Positions 11,113 through 23,222 of a stretch of 64,000 bases of DNA are shown piece by piece. The stretch comes from Coniocarpon cinnabarinum (Eukaryota), in NCBI GenBank assembly GCA_051942205.1, contig JAVECO010000104.1, forward strand, positions 1-64,000. The letters run 5' to 3'. Made by a program: the position numbers and the translations under genes. Every line of letters starts with the position of its first letter. The first letter of the stretch is position 1. Under the pieces are notes generated by a model, which saw nothing but the letters and a program-made list of their open reading frames with translations, was not told the DNA's origin and did no database searches.

Positions 11113-11367
11113 CTAGCAACCACAATCGCAGCCATCACAACCAGCACAGTCGCCACACCCATCCAAGCAATCGTCACCGCCGCAATAGCAATCAGGCCAT
11201 CTCCATCCCGCATCGCAACAATTGGTAACGTCGTCACCTCCGCAGCAACCGACGTCTGAGTCTCCATTCCCTGGAGTGTTTCCGGTCATGTCGTTCTGTG
11301 GACCTGGCTGTGCTGCATTTGAAGGGTTGGCTAGGTCAGAAGCACCCGCTTGAGGTGTCGATGCCAT
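11113..11367 (-). CDS. Small Cys/Asp/Gly-rich metallothionein-like protein
   Basis: 84-aa ATG ORF ending GCCGG..CC..DCYC..CLDGCGDCAGCDGCDCGC, with 13 Cys in the last 44 aa. Confidence 0.6.
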   Translation of the reverse strand: MASTPQAGASDLANPSNAAQPGPQNDMTGNTPGNGDSDVGCCGGDDVTNCCDAGWRWPDCYCGGDDCLDGCGDCAGCDGCDCGC

Positions 11368-11861
11368 CGAGGATGTTGTTGTTTAGCGACGCACGATGGT
11401 GCTAGGATCAGGTCCATTAGTGGTTGGAATGGGACCTGGATATTTTCAACTGACCAGTTCGTTTCAAAGATAACTTGGGACTGTTTGAGAAAAAGGCTTG
11501 ACTCGTTTGCGACCAGCGCAGGGCTCTCAACGGTTTTCACAGATCTGTGAGAAAAGATGTTTCTGAATTGTGGAAATATTCATGGGCTTGCCGGCTTTTT
11601 GAGGCAAAGGCACCTTGATCACACCTGCTTGAGCCCGTAACAGCCGCACAGTGCGGTCTTTCGCGGCCAATTCACCATTAACACAAATCAAACCAAGGTC
11701 CCTGGAACGAAAGATTGAGCAATGCAGGAATAAGCACACATCACAAATTACTCAAGGAGCAAACTAAAAAAAACCAGCACCTTTACAAATCGCTACTTAT
11801 CGAAAGTATGCCTTCCATGAACTTTAGACTAGTTTCAACTACTTCTCTCAGCTCCGTTCAT

Positions 11862-12209
11862 TCAAAGCAATATCACCATACCGCCGACCAAAGCAACAAA
11901 CATCAAGACAGCCCAGAAGAAGCTCCACGCTTCAGGGGTGCAGCACCATTCCGCTTTTCTCATTGTTTCTTTCATTGTTTCCTTGAAGCCATGACGTGCA
12001 GACTGCGGGTACGTGACTGGTTTGGCTGTGTGAGCAGAGTTGATTGGCACGTTTGACCTGTTTAACGGGCTAGGGATGATTGGCAGGTCAGAGTTCGTTG
12101 TGGGATCTGGGTTGGTTGGTGGATTCGGAGAGGGACAGTCAACACCGCCTTGTGTGGGGATGCTTGGAGTGACGGGGAGTGCCGAGAATCCAGTCATCTT
12201 CGTAAGCAT
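11862..12209 (-). CDS. Pro-rich tail-anchored membrane protein with juxtamembrane CC
   Basis: 115-aa ORF with a Pro-rich N-terminus, WCC, then the C-terminal TM segment WSFFWAVLMFVALVGGMVILL. Confidence 0.5.
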   Translation of the reverse strand: MLTKMTGFSALPVTPSIPTQGGVDCPSPNPPTNPDPTTNSDLPIIPSPLNRSNVPINSAHTAKPVTYPQSARHGFKETMKETMRKAEWCCTPEAWSFFWAVLMFVALVGGMVILL

Positions 12210-13392
12210 CTTCAGAACGAGGTTTGAAGCTCTGACTCCAGTCAGCGACAGCTTTGGTTCCGCCCAGGTACGTTTGGCTACCTCTTCGTTTTCAGTTAAT
12301 TATGGAACGGGAATCGAAAGGGAAACGCCTGGCTATAGCCTCGACTGAATCTTGTAAGCCTCGTAAAGAGAGTCTGAAAGCCAGAATTACCAGAACGCAT
12401 CAAGACTTGCCAGTGCATTACGGTCCCCAACCACTCGGAAATCGATGCAATTTATATTTCACACTTTGCGAAGGATATTTGCGGGTGCCTGGCTGTCGGC
12501 GACCTACGGGCCGAGCATTGCTTGACACAAATTCATGTGCGATGATGAATGTGCAATGATGAGAAGCATCAAGCAATGATGAGAATCGTCAACATTCGGT
12601 GAATACTCACGTACCTAACGAGCTCAAGCGAAGCCGCAAGCTACCGCGCATTGACTGCCACCAGCGAGTTTCGACTGTCCCTCGTGTTTCACATCAGCCT
12701 CGCCGTTTCACACTTCATATGTCTAGCGCGTTGTGTGATCGCTTACAAGACGATTCGTCCACCAAGCTTGCTAGATAAATGCATTCCAAAGCTCTGGATG
12801 ACACGGAATCATCCAAGAGTTCCAGAGCCGCATTAGCATTTCAACAACGTAAACGTCGTCAGAAATAACAAGCGAATGTGTTTTTGCCGTGTGATGAGAA
12901 GTATACCATGCTGCACGAACGGTTGAAGAACTATCAGCTTTTGCTTGGGCTCTTGAAAATCTCGACTCAACATACACTGGATGCCACAAGTCCGATCAAG
13001 GCTATGAATTCTTACACGTCTCATGAGCTGCGCACGATTGCACACTATTCGTGACTTGCTCTACATCGCTCGACGCGATGTTATGACAACGGGTTCCGAT
13101 GTCTTTCATCGACCGTGAGATTTCTCTGAATATCAAGTATCGCCTCGCAGTAAAGGACAGCCAATCAAACCAGGAATATCCACCGCCAAGCAAAGTCTCC
13201 AAGTCCTCAGAACAAGAGACTTTGCACCTCAAGTCCAACAGATTATCTACCTTGAGCACTCTCCTCAAGTCCAGAGACTCTCCGCTTCAAGCCGCTCAAG
13301 ACCTCGGAACGTCACAAGCCAACGCGGAATGTAACAACTTATCCGCGGAAAGGCCAAGGCAGAAGAAAGGCAAATCACGTACCTATTTCAGC

Positions 13393-13483
13393 ATCTGCCT
13401 TCATCGTCTGCCTTCATCGTCTGCCTTCAGTGTCTGCCTTCAGCGTCTGCCTTTAGCGTCTGCCTTTAGCGTCTGCCTTCAGC
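13393..13483. repeat. Minisatellite, 7 x 13 bp (GTCTGCCTTCAGC consensus)
   Basis: Seven consecutive units read directly from the sequence. Confidence 0.9.
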
Positions 13484-13585
13484 AAGAAAATCATTCTTGC
13501 TCAGCCTCGTGGCACAGCCCTTCGTCTTGAAAATTTGCCTAATGTCATCACAAGGCTTATCAGCCAGCGAGACAACGAGACCATG

Positions 13586-13730
13586 AGGCAGTGGAGGCGG
13601 TCGAGGCGGTCGAGGCGGTCGAGGCAGTCGAGGTATAGATACATGAGACATGAGACGTAGGATGGGCTTCAGGCATCAAAGGCATTCAAGGCATCAAAAG
13701 CATCCAAGGCATCCAAGGCATCAGGCATTC
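13586..13730. repeat. Two 9-bp minisatellites (GAGGCGGTC x~5; AGGCATCCA-like x~6)
   Basis: Read directly at ~13586-13633 and ~13671-13730. Confidence 0.85.
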
Positions 13731-14051
13731 GAGCTCCATCCTGAGGCTGTGCAACCCTCAGTACCGAGTCCCTCAAGTCAACGCCTCGCCGCCTCGTCGC
13801 CTCAACGACAGGCAGAACCCTTACAAGGATTCTCATGACGCGCTGATCTTGCCCAATGATTCAGCGTGGTATCTCCCCTTTACAGTTTACCTCAAAGATT
13901 TCAGCATTTCACAGCCACGTCTAAATTTTTTGCTCAAGTTGAAGTCGAGGTACATTCGTCTTAGCTTTAGGCGAAGTAGTCGCTGCATTGTCCGTGTCGC
14001 GCCAGACTTTGAGATATCTCTGCTTTGGAATATTATTAGCGTGAGATACTG

Positions 14052-14195
14052 CAGTGTGGTCAATGACTCGGTTGTTATTGGTTTGGTTTGGTTATGGTGA
14101 ACCATTAGGATATCGGTTTGGTTCTCACTCTTATCGGTTTGATTATAGCGCTACCGAATCGAAACCGAACCATAACCTAACCATTGACCACACTG
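14052..14195. mobile_element. 144-bp non-autonomous hAT-type MITE
   Basis: Perfect 14-bp TIRs CAGTGTGGTCAATG (14052-14065) and CATTGACCACACTG (14182-14195). Perfect 8-bp target-site duplication AGATACTG at 14044-14051 and 14196-14203. Subterminal GGTT/AACC repeats. Confidence 0.92.
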
Positions 14196-15612
14196 AGATA
14201 CTGTGTTGATGAGATGCGACTCAACTTAGACGTCGATACCTTGACCTGATTCTGAGGTGTCGATCTTGGAATGTTATGGTGCTTGTCACATAACTCAGAC
14301 GTCGTAACCTAAGACCACGTGCTTGGAAGCATGAGTTGGTCAAGTTTAATACCTTACTTCTACGCGTATGAATGTAGCTGGGGGTGATTTATTGCCTCGA
14401 TCGAAGATACCGTCGACTTGATCGTGTTTCGATCGTGAGAGAAGCTTGGATTTCAACCGATGATGTTGAGATCAATCTTGGTCTCAAGATTACGATCAGA
14501 TCCGATAGATCAATCGCAGATGCTTCATTCCACGATACATAAATCTTATTTAAATATGCCTAAGATAGAGTTAGTTTTGATTTGTTCAATCTGTAAATGA
14601 TTTAATCTTCAGATACCTCAATCTTATGAAAGATCTTCTGATCTCGAAATGCAAACATCTTGATACCTCAATCCTTGAATAGGACGCGACCATCCACGCG
14701 AAAAAGCTATTCAACCGTCGTGAGATTTCAATCCCATCGCACCGCGGAGAAACAAGTTCTCACTTGCCTACTCACTTGTCTCTCTTTCAAGCCTTTGCGA
14801 TCATCAAAGAGAAAATACGCATTACCCAGATCCCATCATTAAGCTTCACCAAGCCGTAAAGCCTTCTCATGAAACCGCGATAAAAAAAAACAACAAGATT
14901 GAAAACAAAGCGAGCCCACAATCACTCTCCGTTGAATACCTAGAAAAGAAAGAAAACAACCAAATCTCCGACTTCAATCACGAAACGTGTAGGACTCGTG
15001 CTAGGGAGATTCGCTCGTTCTCATAGAGATCCTCTCGGTCCAGAGAGGTCCTCAGTGACCGGCGAAAAGAAGCCTAGTGACCACCGGAAAAGACCTGCAG
15101 TGCGACTTTCTGCTTGTCAGAGCATCAGCTGATTGCTTCATTTGCTGTACTTCATTTGCTGTACTTCATTCGCTGTAATTGATTATATGAATATGAAGTC
15201 CTAGTTTAAAGTCCTGGTGTAAAATCCTAGTTCAAAGTCCCAGTTTAAATGAGCGAGACTGCTATCGGTTTCGAGCGTGTTTTCGGCGCGTCCGACCATG
15301 GTATTTAACTTTGCAATCTTCCGATCTTGCTTCGATTCACTTCGATTCGCTTCCGTCTCGCTGCTGTAATGAGACTCGCAAGCGCTTGAGACAGTGACCC
15401 TCAAGGCTCTATAGAGATGAAGTCTAATAGAGATAGGTACGTAAATTGTTCAAGACAAGCTATCCGAGTCAAGCTTTGCAGCACTCTGACCTGCACGTGA
15501 GATTAAGGTACAAGTGACGGAATAGCAGCTTCGTCGTATCTCGATACGAGGAGATGTTCGCGAATGTTGCTTTGAGACGAGGCGGGAGATGTACTTGGAG
15601 GTGCGTTTACCA

Positions 15613-15642
15613 GTGTGTATGTGTGTGTGTGTGTGTATGTGT
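15613..15642. repeat. (GT)n microsatellite, imperfect
   Basis: Read directly. Confidence 0.9.
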
Positions 15643-15914
15643 CAATGATCATTCTCTCGATACCAGCCTATACAGCAGCATCTACAGTTTCAAATCAAGA
15701 CGCATCCTGACGCCTAACAGCCCTTGCAAACTCCTTGCGCTGGAAGAGAAACTCACCAATCCACTCACGCCGTCATCGTGCTGAGCACCGTGGCTCGTGT
15801 ACTCTTTGCTCACACCCCTTGGCATGTCTGATCCATGTCCTGCAGTCGTATCACCGTCGCAAACTCGCCAGTCTTCTCTGCATCCGCTACTCTGCTCCAC
15901 TAAAGTCACTGACT

Positions 15915-17009
15915 CTACAACTCCCCCTTCACTCCCTTCGTCGCCTCCGCCACCTTCTCCTCCACCTCCTCGAAAACCTCCTTCAATCCCTCCACCGCAC
16001 TCCCGCCCAGATCCCCAATAGCTCCACTCGCCTTCGCAACCGCCTCACTGATGACCCGTCCCGCAGACTGATACGCGCTCGTCTCCTCTGGTCCAAAAAC
16101 AAACTCACTCATTTTGCTCACCGCTTCTTCCGCACCTTCTTTGACGTCTTCGGCGACCTTTTCGGCACTTTCCACTGCTTTTGCAGCGGTGCTGCTGACT
16201 GCCGCGGCGGCGCTGGAGGCGGTGGCGCTGGCGGCTTCGAGGTAGCCGGGTGGTGTGCCGAAGATGGCGTGAGAGGCTGATAGAGACGCCGCGGAGGCGA
16301 GGTCCGCGATGGAGGATTGCGCTTGGGCGGCGTAGTCGGTTGTTCCGTAGATGATTGAGGAGAGGGAGGAAGAGGCGGAGACGGCGTAGAGGGAGGCTTG
16401 GGAACTTGCAATCTGTGAGAGAGGTTAGCGCCACTGTTCTCAGCTTGCACAGCAGAACAAAAATTCATGTCGAGAGATCGTTGGAGTGGGGATGCAGCGG
16501 GTATAGACCGGGAATGAGAAAGCAAAAAAAACCAATGAACATACCTCCGCAGCGCCCTTCTCCCCGCCAGCCACCCTCAAACTCGCCGCCTCACTCGCCT
16601 GCGCCACAGCCCCTTCCACATTCTTCCCCAAATCACCCAAAATGCCCGTCAAAGCAGTCGGCGGGGTAAAAACACTTTTCAAACTCTTGCTCGCTTCACT
16701 CGCGAGGCTGTTCGCGCTCTCGACGACCCCCGTGGGATACAGCGCCGCCTGGTCATAGGCATTGGAGAAGCGGGAGAAGACGGATTCAGTAAAGGTGGGG
16801 GGTTTGCCGGAGACGAGCTCGGAGAAGAGGGCGCTGAGGTCTGAGGAGCGGGAAGCGAAGGCGCTGGAGAGGGAGGCGGCTTGGGAGGAGGCTTGGGAGG
16901 AGACGTCGGCGACGGGATCCGAGGAGGAGGTGTCTTTGGCGAGGGTGGTGGTTGTGGAGAGGAGGATGAGGAGGGGAAGGGTGGTGGATGTGCTGGATTG
17001 GGTGCGCAT
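15915..17009 (-). CDS. Secretory-pathway Ala/Ser/Glu-rich protein ending KGEL
   Basis: Signal-peptide-like MRTQ..LPLLILLSTTTTLA. Intron 16413-16544 (GTATGT..CTAAC..CAG) joins in frame to IASSQASLYAVS...VKGEL*. Confidence 0.75.
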
Positions 17010-17564
17010 GGTGGGTGTGCGTCCGAGAGGTCGTCTGGTGTTCCGACGTGTGTGGAGTGTGGGGTTGGGTCGATCAATGAGGGTGATGGATGTGTCTGTG
17101 AGCTGCGATGGTACTGGGCTCCTGTTAGAGAGGGTTTGAGGAGATAGCAAGCGTCTGAAGAAGAACAGAGGTAAGATGAGGAGGCACGAAGGTGAAAACC
17201 AGGAAGCGTAGGGGGAGCTCGAAGCAGTGACCTGGTAGCTTCACGCGCACAATTGTGTGAGACGCACGGGCCTTGCAAGCAGGCGTGTTTTGGGTGGGCT
17301 AGAACAGACGAAACCAAGACGACGGGACGCTGCCAAGGTGGATGCCAAAATGCTCGTCTCTATTGCTAGATGTGCTATATACTTATCGACAGTGTGCCAG
17401 CCCATCATCACTCTCATGCGTGTGTCCCTATAAACTTGAATCCTTTCCTGGAACGCCCGGGCTATGCAGAAGAGCCAAATCATCACCATTAGTATCCACC
17501 ATATGCACGCAGTGATCCCATGATGCCATTCTAAATGAACACGATGCCTTCTCACGTAGATTTC

Positions 17565-19653
17565 TTACGTCGGCAAACTCGCCGTCTTGCCACCACAATC
17601 AGGGATGGACAGTCCATCTTTGATCTTGCGTGCGGGATCCATTAGGCCCCATCTGTCTTCCCACGACTGGCCAGGCTTGTTGAACTGCGCCTGCCACGGC
17701 TGGTCGAATGCCTCAAACCAGAAGTATTGCGTCCCATTCTGCAGCGCCTGGCAGACCCAGTCGTTCATGACGGTGTTCATGTTGTCGACACTCGCAATGG
17801 CACCAGCTTGAGGATTCGGGCAGGGCACCTGCAGGCCAGTGTCCGCGTTGGTGCAATACTGCCCTCCCTCTGACGGCCACCCCAGTTCGGATATGACCTG
17901 TGTCTTGCCCGGAAGGTTCTTAGTTTTGTCAACGTCTTCAGTTTGCCAGTAATGGTAAGTCCAGGATGCGGCGGCATCTCCAGTGACACCGGCAAAGAAC
18001 TATTTGGGCGTTAGCGAGCTGCTTCATATCCACGTTTACAAAAAGACTCACCGGATGGACGTTGGCCATCACATAGTCGACATGCTGAGCAAGCGTGTCA
18101 TTCCAGCTGTTGCCTAGATCACTTGTAGCCAAGGGCAGTTTGTAGTTCTTGGCCGTCAGGTTCTGCCTCACGTCGTCCAAAAGGTCGGTGAGCTTCGACT
18201 CTGACATGTATTCGCTGAAAAGCACTTCGTTGCCCACAATCAGACCTTGAAATTGATCGGTGCCATGACTGTCGAAGACGTCCCACATTTGGGAAAGCTG
18301 CCGGTCATTGGTTGTCTGGTTTCCGTCCAAGTAGACACCCAGCCAGACTTTCATTTGATCCTTGAGTTTGAGCTTGTCGAGCGCGGTCAGAACCATTTCT
18401 GTCTGATTGCAGTCTGTCCCATAGAGACGGATCACAGACGTCAGTTGACTCAATACAGCAACATCCATGGTGACATTGTTTTGGTCCGGAGGATACGTCA
18501 AGCAGTCCGGGTACTGTACGCCCCATGACGTGTAGTCCATCCCAGGGAAGACCTTGTGCAGGTCCTTGTTGTTCATGAGGTCTTTGATCTCGGAGCTGTC
18601 CGCATCATAGATGCCTCCTGACTTACTGCCTGATGAGCCCGAGTTCCTGTGTGAGTACACATACGACCCCACAACTCCACCTACAATGGCCAATACGATG
18701 ATCACGCCAATTACAGCGCCAACGATCCAGAGTGTTCGTTTGCGGTTTGAAGCTTGGCCCACGATATTGGTCGCTTTCTCCCCATTTCCACCCGGCACGG
18801 AGTTGTATTTCCCACTCGCATCGCGAGAGGCGAGACCCTTCACGAACGCTCCAGCGCCTGCCGCCGCCCCTGCTGCTCCTGCTGCGCCCGCTACTGGTGG
18901 GCCTCTCCGTGTTTGTTGCGAAGCAAGAGCACCAGTGTCGTCATCTTCATCTGCAATATCTCTCGGATCGAAACTGCCCAGGTCGCCGGAGCTAGCAGCG
19001 TGGTTGTAGGTGCCGTATGGACCTGAAAAACTTGGCGGTCGAGGATTTAACCCAGGGCTTGGTTGCATCTCATAAGCGGCATTGGGCGGTGCAAGGTTGT
19101 TGTAGGAGTTTCGATGCGAGGCGAATGGATCATCAATGGCTGTGTTGGAAGGGTACTCGGGGTATGGATTACGAGCGGGCGGTTGCATGTAGGATTGTTC
19201 GGCGTCGTGAAAGGGATTGTATGATTGATAATCGTGCTGGTAGTCTTCTGCTCTTGCCCCATGATATGCCGTATCCATTGCGGCAGCGCTGGCAGCTCCC
19301 AGGCCTGCTCCTGCTGCGCCTCCAGCGGCAGCACCATATGCGGCATTATTTCTGCCATAGGAATCTGAAGACATGCGCCGATGCGGGGGTGGAGCGGGGA
19401 TAGCTGAGATGTCGTGTGGATCTCTGGTGGCACTCTCGAAAGGGTCTGATCGCGCGCCAGAATAGGATGTGTCGATTAAATTGTGGGAGTCTGGCTGGTC
19501 ACGGTATGGTGAAGGGGCACCAGACTGTGCAGGCGCTGGGGCGTCGTATTCATGTCCTCTGGCACTATGGTACTGTTGCTGGGGAATGGAATTGGTGTGT
19601 CGGGGCGCAAACGAGGCTTCATCGTCGCCATCAAAGGAGAAACGGCCGGACAT
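17565..19653 (-). CDS. btgC: GH17 glucan endo-1,3-beta-glucosidase, BtgC-like type II membrane protein
   Basis: Disordered N-terminus, TM segment ([21 protein letters not shown]), and GH17 motifs [30 protein letters not shown] and [11 protein letters not shown]. Intron 18000-18051. Confidence 0.9.
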
Positions 19654-20326
19654 TGTGAGTGGAGGGCTTTGACAAGACAAGCGGGGATCCTTTGTTGTTT
19701 TAGGAGAAAGACAATTGGGATTGTCTCAAGATGGACATGGAGGAACGCGCGGCTCAGCGGCGACTGTTGCGGCTGTGTTGCGGCACTTTTCGCGCCGGGC
19801 AATCCTCCTCTCAAGGCTTCGACAGGCGTTTGAGAACCGACAGGACAGAGCAGTGTCGACAGAAAATTAGAGACAGACCCGACGACGAGCAGAATGAAGG
19901 GTCGAGCAGGCAGGGGAGGTGATGGCGAGTCGTTTCAGAAGCGAGTGTGAGGACCAATGACCAAAAATAAGCGATCGCCTGTCAGAGTCTGGCTGAGGCG
20001 CGCCGTCTCTCGTATCCAGCGGAGCAACGGGGGGGATCTTGGCACCCTGCCCGTTTCCACATCTACTGCGCCACACAAACAATTCCTTCCACCTTCATCC
20101 TGTCTCGGTCTGATACTGGAAGCATCTTATTCGCTCAGGGCGGTTTAAGTCTCTCTGCGCAAATGACTGAGCGCAAAACATTGTATCCGCACAACGCCCG
20201 TAACCATGGTCAATGTCTTTGAATTCTCGTTCACCGACATGCTCACTAATGAGACTTTCTGGTCACATGCGCTCGTATCAATGGGTGGCATTCACCCTTC
20301 TTTACCACATCATCACCTAGTCCCAT

Positions 20327-23222
20327 TCAATATCCCTCAGGTTTGTACCTGTCCGCCGTCCGCGCCCCCTCCTTCTCCTTGTCCCTGTCCTGTCCCTCCA
20401 CGTGTCGCTCCCGTTCCCGCTCGCCCTCCTTGTCTCGTCGGTCATGCTCATGACTGTGGTGGTGGCCGCCCTGCTCTCGTTCATCGGCGCTGCTGCGATG
20501 CTCCCCACGCTCCCGACGTTCCTGTTCTTTGCGTTCTGCATAACGTGCATCTGAGTCAAGTCAGTATTTGTCACACCAGCAGATGGATGGGGACGAAACA
20601 TCGCTCACCTCGAATGGCCTTGGTCCGGTCGGTGTACTTCTGTACCGTTTCCAGATCCAGCACTCTGAGCACAACCACAAAATCCTCGCGCTCTTCGAAG
20701 CGTTCGCCCTTTTCTTCCAGTGCCTGAGGGTTCACCAAGCTACGCTTGATTTGCGTCCATCGGGCGCCCTGAGGGATGTTCTTGTCGCTGCTGATCTTCG
20801 CATCCTTCAGAGGAGCGACGCCTTCACGAATAGGGTTGGGATCCTCAGGAAACTTCTCAGTGGGCTTGCGCAGGATTGACTTGGGCGGTCTGACGTCTTT
20901 GGCTGGATCGACGATTGACACCCGCTTCTTGCGCTTGGCCTCAGCCGTTTCCCCAGCTTCTTCCGATGTCTCGTCCGATCGTGGTGACTCTGTAATCTCT
21001 TTGTCACGAGTGCCATAACGTGTCAGGACTTGAGACTCGCTCATGCGGTCGCCATTGGGTTCGGAGGCCGCGTACTCGTCACCACGTCGATCGATATCTC
21101 GTGGCTCGATCTGCTCTCGACGACGACGATCGCGATCTGAGTCTTCTTCTTGGCGAACGGGCGTTTTGCTCATCTCTTGTTGCACTTGCTGGACCCGACG
21201 TCTGTAATCTTCTTCAGGATCCAATATCTCGCTGTGCTTTGAAGGGATGTTTGCAAAAGATTCCTGAGCCTTTTCCTTGCTCACGTAGTTTCGTCGTCGA
21301 GGCTCACTAACGTCATCATCATCATCGTCGTAATGCTTACTAGGCTCTCGCTCGCGCTGAGTTTTGTCAAGTGGCTTCTCCTCACGGTTGTTTGATGGAG
21401 CTGGACGACTCTCCCGGGTATCAGGCTTTCTGACTGGCTCACGATCATCCCGAAAGTCTCGTCGGTCTTCTGCATTCCGCTTGTCAAGCATTTCCTTTCC
21501 ACCAAGTGCGGCTGCACCGATGGCTGCGGTGCCAGCAACAGCTTCCGCCGCATGATGATGGTCGTGATGATGATCATACTGCAGACGATTCTCCGGATCG
21601 TCTCTGTAGGTTTGTCGGTCTCGCTCACGTCTATCGTCATCGTAGTAGTCACGTTCGGAGCGGCGCTCGCGGGCTTGTCGACCCTCGTCAGAAGAGCGAT
21701 CAGACTCACGATCCTTCTCAGGCTGCAGGCGTTCGTTGTCCTTGGCGTAGTCCCGCTCACGGTCGCGATCCCTTCTTGGCTCCGCAAGGTTCTTGTTGCT
21801 GTCCCGAGGTGCGTAGTCTCTCTCTTTCTCCAGTTGTGGGGCATCCCGTGCACGGTCTCGAATGGAGTCACGTTCTCGCAACGGTTCTTTCTCTCGCTCG
21901 CGAAGTGGTGGACTATCTCGAGGGCTGTGAGGGATATCGCGCTCTTTCTCACGATGACGATCATCTTCGCGCCAATCAGGCTCCCGCAGTCGTGGGTCAT
22001 CTCTTGCGGCAGCGCGAGGCTCCACGGGGTAATCACGACGTGGTGGCGGAGGCGCTTCGATCATGAGCGTTTCATCCGTGTAAGTACTGTATTTGTCTAC
22101 TCCAGAATCGGCAGAGCTGCGTGCGTCGACACTCGGTGCCCGGATGCCAAATCCGCGGCTCGCAACTTCTCTATCCTCAAAGCGACTGCGGCGACGAGGC
22201 TCGTAATAATCTTCGGCTCCACCACGCGTTGGGGAGAGTAAGCCGGCACTTCGAGGAGGTGGATAGTGCCCAGGATCGTCCCTGCCAGTGGCAATGCGCG
22301 GAGGAACGCGGTAGTTTTCGTCGTCGCTGAATGTCGACGAAGAGGTGGTGTAACCTCTGCTTCGAGAAGGCGATCTCTTGTAGGGTGCTTGCAAGCTGCC
22401 TGAGCGGTTCAAGTAATTATCATTGTTGACTTTGTTGAATCCACGAGTTGATGGAGGTGGGCCTATCTCTCTTGCGCTGAGGCGGGGAGCGGTTTGATAC
22501 GGATCGGCCATGCTCGCTGGGCGCTCGCGCATGACGGCGTCGACGCTCCCACGACGAGCACGGCGTCGGGGTTCCGTAGTCTCATACATGCCTCGAGGGT
22601 CAGTGTATTCGTATGCTGGCGCTTCGGATGCTGAGCTTTTCGAAGTCCCACGCAAATGATAAGCCTTTGAGCGCTCATCAGACGGCTGCTTTGACGTCTT
22701 GTCGTGGATCCGGTCATCCCGACGACGGAGTTCTGGTTCACCAGAGATGCGTGTTAGCTTGCCATCATCGACACTGTATAGATGTCTTTGTTCCTTGCGT
22801 GGAGCCGACGAGGCGGTTGAGACAGAGTAACGGTCATCATAGGTGCTTGATCGATCGGCAGACGGACCGCGATCTCCATGAGAGACGGCCGTGGGTCTCA
22901 GATATGCGGAGCTTGAAGGCGGGGCGCGGGCATCTTGATCATAAGTGGAACGACGGTGGTGATGACGGTCAGAATGAGCGCTGCCGTAGTTGGATGATCT
23001 TGGATCACGGGAGCTTTCGACCAGTTTGCCATTGACGTATGTCTCTTTCGAGATGGGCACAACTCGTTCGCCGCTTGCTCGTGGGGAAGTATAGGTTTCT
23101 TTTGTGGTATAGTCTCTGGGAGTATCATAGGATTTGTGGACGGCGCCTGTCGAGGAGCGCGTTGGGTTCTCGCTGAGACGACGGCCCGTGGGAGAGTCCG
23201 CACGCAAGTAGCGAGAAGACAT
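20327..23222 (-). CDS. Conserved fungal Arg/Asp/Glu-rich protein with C-terminal ARWTxI..LVNPxAL....ERFEER domain
   Basis: 907-aa ORF plus intron 20551-20608. Motifs KSILRKPTEKFPEDPNPIREGVAPLKD and GARWTQIKRSLVNPQALEEKGERFEEREDFVVVLRVL. Confidence 0.8.

Noticed and set aside
13099..13838. ORFs with repeated peptides (143, 61 and 62 aa)
   Set aside because: They are products of minisatellites with no recognisable domain, and the 13-bp unit is not frame-preserving.
21281..22241. Long alternative-frame and antisense ORFs (251, 229 and 186 aa)
   Set aside because: These are shadows of the low-complexity Arg/Asp-rich gene and carry no independent motifs.
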